Shown: positions 28,099-37,608, counted from the first letter of the stretch. The stretch is 44,571 nt of DNA from Methylococcales bacterium (GCA_036478815.1 JAZGEP010000054.1:1-44571); one strand, 5' to 3'. The notes: generated by a model from the letters alone, not told the origin. Program-made: numbers and translations.

Positions 28099-29124
28099 AT
28101 GCTACTGAAGCAAGATTACCATTACAATCTTCCTGAACACTTAATTGCCCAGCAGCCACTTTCAGAACGGAGTGCTAGTAAATTGCTGTGTCTAAATCGA
28201 GCAACTGGAGCGATTACGGATACTGTGTTCGATCAGATTACAGGATTTTTGAGAGCAGGTGATTTGTTGGTGTTGAATAACACACGTGTGATTCCTGCGC
28301 GTCTTTTTGGACACAAAATAACTGGCGGCAAGGTTGAGATTCTAATCGAGCGTGTTCTCAGTGACACCTTGATGCTGGTACAAATACGCGCCAGTAAAGC
28401 ACTGAAAACAGATCAGGAAGTTATTATTGCAAATCAGTTTAGAGTTGCGGTCACTGAACGCAAGAACGCGCTATATACACTACAAATGGTTAACAATTAT
28501 ACGATTGATCAAATGCTCCGTAGTGCAGGGCACATGCCTCTTCCTCCATATATAAAAAGGTCTGATACGTTAGATGATCAAACGCGTTATCAGAGTGTGT
28601 TCGCTGAGCAACCGGGAGCTGCTGCTGCGCCAACTGCGAGTTTGCATTTTGACCAAACTTTGCTGGATAAAATACACAATCAAGGGATTGAAACCGGATT
28701 TATTACTTTGCATGTTGGTGCGGGTACTTTTCAGCCAATACGAGTCAACAAACTCGCGGATCATGTAATGCACTCAGAACGTGTTGATGTTAGCGCTGAC
28801 ATTGTAGAGAAAATTTGTCAGACAAAAGTGCGTAAGGGACGTATTATTGCAGTAGGAACCACAGTGATGCGAGCTCTCGAAGCCGCTAGTTCGCAAGGAA
28901 AAATCAATCCTTTGCATGGCGAAACACAGTTGTTTATTACGCCTGGCTTCCGTTTCAACACTGTTGACGCTATGTTGACTAATTTCCATGTTTCTGAGTC
29001 TACGTTATTAACGTTGGTCTGTGCTTTTGGTGGTTATCAACATGTAATGAAGGCTTACCAGCATGCAATTTCTCAATCCTATCGTTTTTTTAGCTATGGT
29101 GATGCCATGTTTATCAGCAATTAG
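28099..29124 (+). CDS. queA: S-adenosylmethionine:tRNA ribosyltransferase-isomerase
   Basis: DYHYNLPEHLIAQQP N-terminus, LLVLNNTRVIPAR, GRIIAVGTT, FFSYGDAMFI C-terminus. Start set at the ATG at 28099; the ORF-track GTG at 28054 is possible. Confidence 0.93.
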   Translation: MLLKQDYHYNLPEHLIAQQPLSERSASKLLCLNRATGAITDTVFDQITGFLRAGDLLVLNNTRVIPARLFGHKITGGKVEILIERVLSDTLMLVQIRASKALKTDQEVIIANQFRVAVTERKNALYTLQMVNNYTIDQMLRSAGHMPLPPYIKRSDTLDDQTRYQSVFAEQPGAAAAPTASLHFDQTLLDKIHNQGIETGFITLHVGAGTFQPIRVNKLADHVMHSERVDVSADIVEKICQTKVRKGRIIAVGTTVMRALEAASSQGKINPLHGETQLFITPGFRFNTVDAMLTNFHVSESTLLTLVCAFGGYQHVMKAYQHAISQSYRFFSYGDAMFISN

Positions 29125-29130
29125 CTGGTT

Positions 29131-29415
29131 ATGTCTTTGAAACCAATGATGTCATGTCGTGCTGGATGCGGAACCTGTTGTATTGCTCCCACAATTACCT
29201 CACCAATTCCCGGAATGCCCAATGGAAAACCTGCTGGGGTTCGTTGTATTCAATTAAGTGCGGATAATGCCTGTCTCATTTTCAACGACATTCGTCGGCC
29301 TGCAGTGTGCAGTGCATTTAATCCTAGCCAGGATCTTTGTTTGGACTCGTGCGATCAAGCACTTAAAGTGCTCACTGATTTGGAGAAGGCAACTAACCCT
29401 GGTTCAACAACGTGA
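29131..29415 (+). CDS. YkgJ-family (UPF0153) cysteine-cluster protein
   Basis: 94 aa. CRAGCGTCCIAP motif plus further conserved Cys residues. Six bp downstream of queA. Confidence 0.7.
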   Translation: MSLKPMMSCRAGCGTCCIAPTITSPIPGMPNGKPAGVRCIQLSADNACLIFNDIRRPAVCSAFNPSQDLCLDSCDQALKVLTDLEKATNPGSTT

Positions 29416-29441
29416 ATAAAAAATTCACCTATGACACTTCA

Positions 29442-29596
29442 GGACGTGCATGAAAAAACTTCGACAACTGACTTGTCTTGTTGTCCGTCTTCGGTGTTGC
29501 CACAACAGTTACATAGCTCACAATGCGCCTGTTGCTGCGCCTTGTAGACAAACAACAATCCTGCGCCAGTTGTCGAAGTTATTCCATGCCCGTTCC
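29442..29596 (-). mobile_element. MITE with class-F-like termini and E-like interior (E3)
   Basis: GGACGTGCATGAAAAAACTTCGACAACTG...CAGTTGTCGAAGTTATTCCATGCCCGTTCC. Core GTTACATAGCTCACAATGCGCC. Confidence 0.75.
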
Positions 29597-29600
29597 TTTA

Positions 29601-29758
29601 GGAATGGAATTTCAATAACTTTATTATCCTGACTTGTTCTTTTCCTCCTGCTAAAACGATCTCAAACGTCGTGTAGAATCACTAGAGTCCTCATGAGATC
29701 GTTTAATGAGAAGAAAAACGACTTCACCAGAATGACAAAGTTATTAAATTTCCATTCC
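29601..29758 (-). mobile_element. MITE class J (single copy)
   Basis: GGAATGGAATTTCAATAACTTTAT...CAAAGTTATTAAATTTCCATTCC, flanked by TTA (29598-29600) and TTA (29759-29761). The degenerate core is GTCGTGTAGAATCACTAGAGTCC. It directly abuts E3. Confidence 0.75.
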
Positions 29759-29905
29759 TTATTGGTAACAATTCGATGAATATGTCATCATTATCGTGCT
29801 GTAGTTATACATATAATTAGAGCTGATTTTAGTCAGATACTATCTGCTTTGAAATCAAAATCTCTCAGCATTGAGGTTGTTACCAAACAGAATATGGAGA
29901 TACAA

Positions 29906-31333
29906 ATGGAATGGGAAGTTGTTATCGGTCTTGAAATTCATGCCCAGTTAGCAACTGCGAGCAAAATATTTTCTGGCGCTGCGACTGCTTATGGTGCATT
30001 GCCCAATACTCAGGCTTGTGCGATTGATCTCGCGCTACCAGGAACTCTGCCTGTTCTGAATGCTGATGTTGTGAGAATGGCGACAAAGTTTGGTCTTGCT
30101 ATTGATGCCGAAGTTGCACCAATGTCTGTGTTTGCGCGCAAGAATTATTTTTATCCCGATTTACCCAAAGGCTATCAAATCAGTCAGTTTGAATTGCCAG
30201 TGGTCAAGAATGGCTATTTGATGATTCGTGTAGAAGACCAGGAAATGCGTATTGGTATTACGCGCGCTCATTTGGAAGAGGACGCAGGAAAGTCTTTACA
30301 TGAAGAATTCGAGAGCTCAACCGGGATTGATCTCAATCGAGCCGGAACACCATTATTGGAAATCGTCTCCGAACCAGATCTGAGATCAGCCAAACAAGCG
30401 GTTGCCTATATGAAGAAAATTCATGCGTTAGTCCGTTATCTGGAAATCTGTGATGGCAATATGCAAGAGGGGTCATTCCGCTGTGACGCGAATGTTTCAG
30501 TGCGTCCACAAGGTCAAACTGAATTAGGCACTCGTGCCGAAGTCAAAAATCTGAATTCTTTTCGTTTTGTAGAAAAAGCCATCAACCATGAAGTAGAACG
30601 CCAGATAGATGTCATTGAGTCGGGAGCTCAAGTCGTGCAGGAAACGCGCTTGTATGATTCTGGAAAAGATGAAACCAGATCGATGCGCAGCAAGGAAGAA
30701 GCCAATGATTATCGTTATTTTCCGGATCCTGATCTGGTGCCACTGCACATAGATCCAGAGTATATTGAAACAGTGCGTCAGAGTTTACCTGAACTGCCGG
30801 ATCAAAAGCGCCAGCGATTTATCGATGAGTACGCGCTTAGCAGCTATGATGCGGAAGTCTTGAGCGCGTCAAAACAACTCGCTGATTTTTATGAAGCAGT
30901 GGTGAGTGAATCAGCTTGTGATCCCAAGCTTTGCGCTAACTGGGTTTCTGGTGATTTTTCTGCAGCGCTGAACAAATCAGGTGTTGAACTTGCAGAGAGC
31001 AGTGTTCAGGCTCCTGCACTGGCGGGTCTCATCAAGCGCATAGAAGACAAGACGATCTCAGGGAAAATTGCAAAAGAAGTGTTTGAAGCCATGTTGAATG
31101 GTGAGGGCAGCGCTGACCAGATCATCGAACAAAAAGGACTGAAACAAATTACTGACAGCTCTGCAATTGAAGCCGTCATCGATCAGATTATTGCCGATAG
31201 TCCACAGCAAGTCGAACAGTATCGTAGTGGCAAAGAAAAGCTGTTTGGCTATTTTGTCGGACAGGTGATGAAGCAAACTCAAGGTAAAGCCAATCCCGCA
31301 CAGGTCAATCAAATACTTAAGTCAAAACTGTGA
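29906..31333 (+). CDS. gatB: Asp-tRNA(Asn)/Glu-tRNA(Gln) amidotransferase subunit B
   Basis: [16 protein letters not shown]-terminus, [24 protein letters not shown]-terminal YqeY-like domain. Start chosen at 29906; the ATGs at 29849 and 29894 give atypical extensions. Confidence 0.95.
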   Translation: MEWEVVIGLEIHAQLATASKIFSGAATAYGALPNTQACAIDLALPGTLPVLNADVVRMATKFGLAIDAEVAPMSVFARKNYFYPDLPKGYQISQFELPVVKNGYLMIRVEDQEMRIGITRAHLEEDAGKSLHEEFESSTGIDLNRAGTPLLEIVSEPDLRSAKQAVAYMKKIHALVRYLEICDGNMQEGSFRCDANVSVRPQGQTELGTRAEVKNLNSFRFVEKAINHEVERQIDVIESGAQVVQETRLYDSGKDETRSMRSKEEANDYRYFPDPDLVPLHIDPEYIETVRQSLPELPDQKRQRFIDEYALSSYDAEVLSASKQLADFYEAVVSESACDPKLCANWVSGDFSAALNKSGVELAESSVQAPALAGLIKRIEDKTISGKIAKEVFEAMLNGEGSADQIIEQKGLKQITDSSAIEAVIDQIIADSPQQVEQYRSGKEKLFGYFVGQVMKQTQGKANPAQVNQILKSKL

Positions 31334-31366
31334 GTGGTTTTTCTGGAAGCTCGTCGCGATGAAACA

Positions 31367-31434
31367 CTGGCCAAATTCAGTATTTGCACAGTAAGCCGTC
31401 TATTCTCGGGCAGTCTCCTTCTAGATAGTCAACC
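31367..31434 (+). repeat. Class-C right half (C6)
   Basis: TGGCCAAATTCAG...GCCGTCTATTCTCGGGCAGTCTCCTTCTAG matches the right half of C4. Begins about 34 bp after the gatB stop. Confidence 0.75.
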
Positions 31435-31458
31435 GAATAGTTATCATTTGGATGTTTA

Positions 31459-31620
31459 GGAGTGAGGATTTAATAACTTTCCGATTTTGACTTGCCTTTT
31501 GATCCTACATAAACACCCATACTAATGGTTGCGTAGCCTGCTATGCGCCCATTTTATGAGTGCTCATGTGAAATCAAAATGCTACGCCATACTTCGGTAA
31601 CTTATTTAAATCCTCACTCC
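31459..31620 (-). mobile_element. MITE class A, copy A3 (inverted relative to A1/A2)
   Basis: GGAGTGAGGATTTAATAAC...TTATTTAAATCCTCACTCC, flanked by TTA (31456-31458) and TTA (31621-23). The stop codon of the DUF3144 gene lies 3-5 nt beyond. Confidence 0.85.
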
Positions 31621-31625
31621 TTAGG

Positions 31626-31934
31626 TTATTGGGGCTGCTCTTGCGCATTAGCATCTTTAGCTCTTAGTCCTGCATCTTCAGCAGCTTGTTTCTTGGTGTC
31701 CTGAATCGCTTGTAACTGATTTCGGTAGGTTTCAGCGACTTTTTCAACTCCTGGAGCCAACAGAAAACCGTTGTTGATACCGCCAGTTGCAACGTAGGTT
31801 GCATAGACCGCAGAAGCACTCATTAACGCAGCTGAAACGGCTTCCATTGGGTACTGTTTATCTTTTAGTTGATTGGCTAGCGCGATGAATTGGTTAACTG
31901 CATCATCATATTGTTGTTCTGGTGTCATTGTCAT
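31626..31934 (-). CDS. DUF3144-family small helical protein
   Basis: 102 aa. The pattern QYDDAVNQFIALANQLKDK...AALMSASAVYATYV is typical of DUF3144, as I recall that family. Confidence 0.6.
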   Translation of the reverse strand: MTMTPEQQYDDAVNQFIALANQLKDKQYPMEAVSAALMSASAVYATYVATGGINNGFLLAPGVEKVAETYRNQLQAIQDTKKQAAEDAGLRAKDANAQEQPQ

Positions 31935-32058
31935 TGATTATTTTCCGTCGCTTCTTGCTTTATGAAATAGTGGATGTTTGATCAAACAAGCATTATACAA
32001 TGAGTTGCTGGCATGATATGTTCTTCGCCCTGGTTATTGTTTGAATTAAGGATAATCT

Positions 32059-33396
32059 ATGACCGTTTTCACTGAATTTCTTGAATCCGCCAGTCAACTG
32101 ATTTGGGGGCCGATAACATTAACATTGTTATTGTTAGTCGGAGTCTATCTCAGTCTTGGGTTAGGGCTAATGCCTTGGCGCAAAATACCGACTGCATTCA
32201 AATTACTTCTGCAGGGCAGGGTTGCCGATACCAGCAGTGGTGAAATACCGCCTTTTCAAGCATTAATGACAGCATTATCAGCGACTGTGGGGACTGGTAA
32301 TATTGCAGGTGTTGCCACCGCAATTGCTTTGGGTGGGCCAGGCGCCATCTTCTGGATGTGGATTACTGCTGCATTCGGTATGGCAACCAAATACGCCGAG
32401 GCGGTATTGGCCGTCAAATATCGTAATCAGGATCAGGCCGGGCACTATGTTGGTGGCCCCATGTATTACATCCGCAACGGTCTTGGAGAACGTTGGGTAT
32501 GGCTGGGCGGTTTATTTGCTCTGTTCGGAATGTGTGCCTCATTTGGCATTGGCAATCTGGTGCAAGCAAACTCTGTCTCAGAAGCATTACGTACTGCGTG
32601 GTCTATTCCCAATTGGTTGATAGCAACAGTGATGACTGTTTTAACTGCTGCAGTGATTCTTGGCGGGGTAAAGCGTATTGCTGAAGTGGCCAGCTTTCTG
32701 GTGCCAATCATGGCGGGTGTGTATGTCTCAGGTGCCTTGTATATTATCTTCACCCACATTTCAGAAGTACCAGCGGTGATACGTCTGGTTATCGACAATG
32801 CATTTAACGGAACAGCAGCGGTCGGCGGTTTTGCTGGCGCAAGTATGTGGGCGGCTATTCGTTTTGGTGTTGCTCGTGGCGTATTTTCCAACGAAGCAGG
32901 GCTTGGCAGCGCCGCTATTGCTCACGCTGCCGCACAAACCAAAGATCCGGTCAAGCAAGGCCTAATCGCCATGCTGGGTGTTTTTATTGATACCTTGATA
33001 ATTTGTACTCTGACAGCATTGGTGATTCTTCTGAGTGGGCTTTTTAGTTCTGGAAAGACCGGAGCTATGTTGTCTGTATGGGCCTTTCAGGCAGGCTGGG
33101 AAGGTGGTGGACAGATTGTTGTATTCGGTTTATGCGTATTTGCATTCACCACGATATTGGGCTGGAGTTATTATGGTGAGCGTTGTGCCCAATATCTGTT
33201 TGGCAGCAAAGTGATCATACCTTTCAGACTGTTGTGGATTATTATGATACCAGTTGGAACATACGGACAGCTGGAATTTATCTGGTTACTCGCAGATGTG
33301 ATGAATGGATTGATGGCATTGCCGAATCTGATTGCTTTGATAGGATTAAGTCCTGTGGTCTTTAACATAACTCGCCAATACTTTTCCAAATCGTAA
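32059..33396 (+). CDS. Alanine/glycine:cation symporter (AGCS family)
   Basis: 445 aa polytopic membrane protein. Motifs SGEIPPFQALMTALSATVGTGNIAGVATAI and FSNEAGLGSAAIAHAAA are typical of AGCS. Confidence 0.9.
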   Translation: MTVFTEFLESASQLIWGPITLTLLLLVGVYLSLGLGLMPWRKIPTAFKLLLQGRVADTSSGEIPPFQALMTALSATVGTGNIAGVATAIALGGPGAIFWMWITAAFGMATKYAEAVLAVKYRNQDQAGHYVGGPMYYIRNGLGERWVWLGGLFALFGMCASFGIGNLVQANSVSEALRTAWSIPNWLIATVMTVLTAAVILGGVKRIAEVASFLVPIMAGVYVSGALYIIFTHISEVPAVIRLVIDNAFNGTAAVGGFAGASMWAAIRFGVARGVFSNEAGLGSAAIAHAAAQTKDPVKQGLIAMLGVFIDTLIICTLTALVILLSGLFSSGKTGAMLSVWAFQAGWEGGGQIVVFGLCVFAFTTILGWSYYGERCAQYLFGSKVIIPFRLLWIIMIPVGTYGQLEFIWLLADVMNGLMALPNLIALIGLSPVVFNITRQYFSKS

Positions 33397-33399
33397 TAT

Positions 33400-33567
33400 G
33401 CTAACTCGTACTAAGTAATCCAATACCTTACTTGTCTTTTGCTGACTTCTACGCTGCAACTCCGGTTACATAGCCAGCTATGCGCCCTCTGTTGTGACTT
33501 GAAGACTAACTGTATTTGATCAACAAATGGCCTGCGCAATCTGGTGGGTTATTTATTGCGAGTTAGC
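33400..33567 (-). mobile_element. MITE class E variant (E4)
   Basis: Arms GCTAACTCGTACTAAGTAATCCAATACC / GGTGGGTTATTTATTGCGAGTTAGC. Core GGTTACATAGCCAGCTATGCGCCC. Starts 4 nt after the AGCS stop codon. Confidence 0.7.
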
Positions 33568-33676
33568 TGTCTGTTTAATTTTAAGAGAAGTGCGGACTAG
33601 AGCTTAAATGGTTCATCTGTGATTCTGCTAATCTGGGTTACCATGTAAACGCTGAATTTTAGTGTGCGGTTTTCAA

Positions 33677-34064
33677 GGGTGCTGATTCAGCATAATGCCC
33701 ATTATGTGGTCATTTATCTCGTTTAAGGTAACGCACTATAAATAACCCACCAGTATTGCGCAGGATTGTTGTTTGTCTTCAAGGCGCAACGTAGGGAGCA
33801 TAGCGGGCGATGTAACCGAAGTTGCAACGCAGAAGACAGGCAATAAGACAAGTAATACTGGTGAGTTATTTATTACGCGTTGCCTAAGGCTTGATTATTC
33901 ACTATGAAGGACATGAAGAAGATGAAGGAAAGGCAACGCTAATAGAGCAAGCTGCCCCATCTCCACTACAAATAAAGCGAGTACAACTCACTCTTGTCTC
34001 TTCTCTTCATGCTCTTCATGTTCTTCATGGTGAAATTAATAATATTGTATGGAATCAGCACCCC
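33677..34064. mobile_element. Composite MITE class I, copy I-2, carrying a nested class-E element
   Basis: The left arm GGGTGCTGATTCAGCATAATGCCCATTATGTGG...GTTTAA matches 1257-1306. The right arm TCTTCATGCTCTTCATGTTCTTCATGGTGAAATTAATAA...GAATCAGCACCCC matches 1604-1665. Confidence 0.7.
33727..33884 (+). mobile_element. MITE class E copy nested in I-2 (158 bp) with TAA target duplication
   Basis: GGTAACGCACTATAAATAACCCACC...GGTGAGTTATTTATTACGCGTTGCC, flanked by TAA (33724-26) and TAA (33885-87). The orthologous position in I-1 (1301-1312, GTTTAAGACTTG) has a single TAA and no insert. Core GGGAGCATAGCGGGCGATGTAACC. Confidence 0.85.
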
Positions 34065-34135
34065 TGTTCAACAACACTATCTAATTGATATCCAGTCTGT
34101 TTCGGTATACATCTCAACCCAGAAAATTTAAAACG

Positions 34136-36613
34136 ATGCCTGATAAAAAAAATAATAAGCCAACAATCAATAAACCAGGTTCTCGAAAATCTGTGAGAGC
34201 AGCCAATAAACCCAAAACAACAAAATCTGCTACACCTCGGAAGAAAAAAACCACACCTGCTAAGAAAAAAACACTCGGCAGGCGTTCCAGCCGAGCAAAA
34301 AAATCGTTTAACAAAACCAGTGATTTTATGCGTGGTTTTAAGCGAACGCTGCTCGGATTGATTCTGTTTTTAAGCTTTTTGTTTGTAAGCTATATTGGCT
34401 ACCTGGATTTTAAAGTGAGGGAATCGTTTGCCCAGCAACAATGGTCTGTCCCTGCGAAAATTTATGCGCGTCCTGTTCAGGTAAAAGTAGGAGGCACGGT
34501 AACCAGTGCTCAAGTCATTGAAACGCTCAAAGAGTTGGGTTACAGGCATACTTCAACACCAGACACACCTGGGAGTTATATACAAGGCAATAGCGAACTG
34601 GTGATCAAAACCCGACCTTTTGGTTTTTGGGATGGCGCTGAACCATCGCGAGTAATCACCATGCGCTACTCCGGGTCAAGAGTTGTCAGCTTAAAATTAA
34701 AAGAGAGTCATCAGTCGCTAAATGAATATCGTATGGAACCGGTGGTGATAGGGCGGTTTTATCCGGCGTTAAAAGAAGATCGCGTACTGGTGAATTTAAA
34801 TGAAATCCCTCAATCATTCATTAACGGCCTGCTGGCAACAGAGGATCGGGATTTTTATCAACATCATGGTCTTTCTTTCAAAGCTATTGGGCGCGCAATA
34901 GTGGCAAATGCGCGTTCTGGTGGAATCGTTCAAGGTGGCAGCACGATTACCCAGCAACTGGTTAAAAATCTTTATCTGACCCCGGAGAGAACCTGGATCC
35001 GCAAAGCTAATGAAGCCATTCTGGCATTATTGCTGGAATTTCACTATAGCAAAGAGGAGATTCTTGAAAGCTATCTTAACGAAATCTATTTGGGACAAGA
35101 TGGCGCACGTGAGATTCATGGTGTTGGACTTGCCAGTCAGTTTTATTTCGGTAAGCCATTGTCAGAATTGAAATTACATGAAACTGCATTGCTGACAGGG
35201 ATCATCAAAGGACCTTCGGACTATAATCCACGCAGACATGCCGAGCGTGCATTGAAGCGGCGTAATCTTGTCTTGCAGCTGATGCACGATCAACAATTCA
35301 TTGATGCCGAACAGCGTGAAGTCGCACAGAAAACGCCACTGGATGTTATAGAGGCGAAACGTTATAGCTCCAGTCGCTATCCGGCATTTATGGAGTTGGT
35401 TAAACGAGAATTAGCAGGTGAATTTGATAAACAGACGCTGACTAGCGCTGGTTTGAATATCTTTACTACGCTTGATCTGCAAGTTCAAGCTGCGCTACAA
35501 GTATCCATTGAAAAAGGGATGACTGTCCTGGAAAAGCGTAAAAAAGTCTCTAAATTACAAACTGCAGCAGTGATTACCGACCGTCAAACAGGAGAAATTA
35601 CAGGGTTTGCTGGGGGGCGTGATCTACGTTTTGCGGGATTTAATCGTGCATTAAACGCAGTTCGTCCAATCGGGTCGTTGGTAAAACCGGCTGTTTATCT
35701 GAGTGCTCTGTCAATACCAGATCAATATACACTGATTACCTTGCTCAAAGACCAACCGATAAAATTGCGTGATCATCGTGGTAAAACCTGGCAACCACAA
35801 AACTATGATAAGGCAGTGCATGGCTATGTGCCTTTTCATGAAGGGTTGACTTTTTCATATAATCTGGCAACTGTTGATCTCGGTATGGAGCTAGGGTTGG
35901 GATATGTTGCCAAAACCTTACGCGCAATGGGCGTTTCTCGTGAAATAAAGCTGTATCCATCACTGTTGCTTGGCGCTCTGGAATTATCACCACTAGAAGT
36001 TGCACAAATGTATCAAACCATCGCAACGCAAGGTTTTTCGACGCCGTTGAGAGCGATTAAAGCCGTTACAGGAGATGACGGAACACTATTACATCAATAT
36101 TCATTAACCATGCGTCAAGTATTGGAACCCAGCCCGACGTATTTATTGAATACCAATTTACAGGAAGTGATGCAAATTGGTACAGGCAAATCGGCTGCTG
36201 CCAGACTGCCCAAGGGATTGATGGTTGCGGGTAAAACTGGAACAACAAATGGTCTGCGAGACAGTTGGTTTGCAGGATTCAGTGGTGATTACCTGGCTGT
36301 TTTTTGGGTTGGTAGGGATGATAACCTTCCGGCAAATTTAAGCGGATCTTCAGGCGCTCTTAACTTGTGGGCACGACTCATGCAGCGGATTGCTAAAAAA
36401 CCACTCTATTTAACGCCAACCAGTGCGATTGAACCGGTGTGGGTGGATACTGACAACTGGCGCAGGACAACCGCTTCCTGCGAACATGCCGTCCAATTCC
36501 CGTTTATTAAAGGTTCTGCGCCGACAGATATTTCACAATGTGGTGTGCGCAATTTTGATCCGATTGACACAATCGAACCAGTAAAATCCTGGTTTGAAGA
36601 ACTGTTTAGGTGA
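34136..36613 (+). CDS. mrcB: Penicillin-binding protein 1B (bifunctional transglycosylase/transpeptidase)
   Basis: Lys-rich cytoplasmic N-terminus, one TM segment, a UB2H-like region, GT51 motifs (EDRDFYQHHG, GGSTITQQL, RKANE), and transpeptidase motifs SLVKP and KTGTT. Start set at the ATG at 34136; the ORF-track TTG at 34085 lies next to the end of I-2. Confidence 0.93.
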   Translation: MPDKKNNKPTINKPGSRKSVRAANKPKTTKSATPRKKKTTPAKKKTLGRRSSRAKKSFNKTSDFMRGFKRTLLGLILFLSFLFVSYIGYLDFKVRESFAQQQWSVPAKIYARPVQVKVGGTVTSAQVIETLKELGYRHTSTPDTPGSYIQGNSELVIKTRPFGFWDGAEPSRVITMRYSGSRVVSLKLKESHQSLNEYRMEPVVIGRFYPALKEDRVLVNLNEIPQSFINGLLATEDRDFYQHHGLSFKAIGRAIVANARSGGIVQGGSTITQQLVKNLYLTPERTWIRKANEAILALLLEFHYSKEEILESYLNEIYLGQDGAREIHGVGLASQFYFGKPLSELKLHETALLTGIIKGPSDYNPRRHAERALKRRNLVLQLMHDQQFIDAEQREVAQKTPLDVIEAKRYSSSRYPAFMELVKRELAGEFDKQTLTSAGLNIFTTLDLQVQAALQVSIEKGMTVLEKRKKVSKLQTAAVITDRQTGEITGFAGGRDLRFAGFNRALNAVRPIGSLVKPAVYLSALSIPDQYTLITLLKDQPIKLRDHRGKTWQPQNYDKAVHGYVPFHEGLTFSYNLATVDLGMELGLGYVAKTLRAMGVSREIKLYPSLLLGALELSPLEVAQMYQTIATQGFSTPLRAIKAVTGDDGTLLHQYSLTMRQVLEPSPTYLLNTNLQEVMQIGTGKSAAARLPKGLMVAGKTGTTNGLRDSWFAGFSGDYLAVFWVGRDDNLPANLSGSSGALNLWARLMQRIAKKPLYLTPTSAIEPVWVDTDNWRRTTASCEHAVQFPFIKGSAPTDISQCGVRNFDPIDTIEPVKSWFEELFR

Positions 36614-36633
36614 ATAACGAATATTCCACTAAT

Positions 36634-36651
36634 AATTTTCGTGCACGTTTC
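36634..36651. repeat. Solo class-F right terminus
   Basis: AATTTTCGTGCACGTTTC followed by TTA. It resembles the F2 right terminus GATTTCGTGCACGTTCC-TTA. Confidence 0.5.
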
Positions 36652-36655
36652 TTAT

Positions 36656-36815
36656 GGTGGTTTGACGGAATAAAGTTACCAAGATTGCGCAGGATTTTTG
36701 TTTCTGACCAACGCAATCTCAAGAGGCACATAGTCATTCTACGTAACGATTGAGATTGCGTTGGTCAGGAGCAAAAAGACCAGCAAGGTTGGTAACTTTG
36801 TTTCGTCAAACCACC
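36656..36815 (+). mobile_element. MITE class B, copy B2
   Basis: GGTGGTTTGACGGAATAAAGTTACCAAG...GGTAACTTTGTTTCGTCAAACCACC. TTA lies on the left (36652-54, one T from the terminus) and TAA on the right (36816-18). Core GGCACATAGTCATTCTACGTAAC. Confidence 0.85.
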
Positions 36816-36818
36816 TAA

Positions 36819-36972
36819 GTACTCGTGCATAAGTATTTTAACAATTTTACGCAGGATTTTTATCATATTCAAGGCGTACAAACAGGCACATAGTGAGCTA
36901 TGTAACTGTTTATGCAACGCTGAAGATGATAAAAAAGACAAGTAAAATGTTAAAATAATTATGGTCGAGTAC
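36819..36972 (+). mobile_element. MITE with E-like interior and F-like termini (E5)
   Basis: GTACTCGTGCATAAGTATTTTAACAATTTTAC...GTAAAATGTTAAAATAATTATGGTCGAGTAC, with TAA on the left and TTA on the right. Core GGCACATAGTGAGCTATGTAAC. Confidence 0.75.
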
Positions 36973-37059
36973 TTATCTACAGATTCCTTGTGTTGAGAGT
37001 ATTATGCTACCCTGTGCTCCAAGACATGCGCAGATACAACGGTGAAGGAGCTAATACAG

Positions 37060-37608
37060 ATGGATTTGGAAACAAGTTATTCAGAGATCATAACAGCAAT
37101 TGGCGAAGATGTATTTCGTGAAGGCTTAGTGGATACCCCTAAACGTGCGGCGACTGCATTCAAATTTTTGACTCAAGGGTATAACCAGAGTCTTGAAGAA
37201 GTTCTCAATGATGCTGTTTTTGACGTTGATACAGAGGATATGGTTATCGTCAAAGATATTGAATTATATTCGATGTGTGAACATCATTTACTACCATTTA
37301 TTGGTAAATGCCATGTTGGTTATTTACCCACCGGAAAAGTCATGGGGCTATCCAAAGTCGCCAGAATTATTGACATGTACGCCCGCCGGCTGCAAATACA
37401 GGAAAGATTGACCAAAGAAATCGCCACTGCAATCCAGACTGCAATCAACCCACGTGGAGTTGCAATTGTTATCGAAGCACAGCATTTGTGCATGATGATG
37501 CGTGGTGTAGAAAAGCAGAATTCAGTGATGACCACATCCAGCATGTTAGGCGTGTTTCGCGCTGATTACAGTACGCGTAATGAGTTTCTCAAATTGATTA
37601 GTCGTTAA
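37060..37608 (+). CDS. folE: GTP cyclohydrolase I (FolE type 1)
   Basis: [12 protein letters not shown], the zinc site [28 protein letters not shown]. Start ATG at 37060 (MDLETSY); a GTG at 37042 is possible. The TAA stop (37606-08) is the flanking triplet of MITE A4. Confidence 0.95.
   Translation: MDLETSYSEIITAIGEDVFREGLVDTPKRAATAFKFLTQGYNQSLEEVLNDAVFDVDTEDMVIVKDIELYSMCEHHLLPFIGKCHVGYLPTGKVMGLSKVARIIDMYARRLQIQERLTKEIATAIQTAINPRGVAIVIEAQHLCMMMRGVEKQNSVMTTSSMLGVFRADYSTRNEFLKLISR

Noticed and set aside
29450-29632. 60-aa ORF after the ykgJ-family gene
   Set aside because: It lies inside MITEs E3 and J.
31935-32058. Glycine- or amino-acid-responsive riboswitch ahead of the AGCS symporter
   Set aside because: The leader is about 120 nt and lacks the conserved glycine-riboswitch core sequences that I can recognise.
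33891-34088. 65-aa His/Glu-rich ORF just upstream of mrcB
   Set aside because: It is encoded by the centre and right arm of MITE I-2 (CATGAAGA/TCTTCATG short repeats). The same DNA occurs at 1604-1665.
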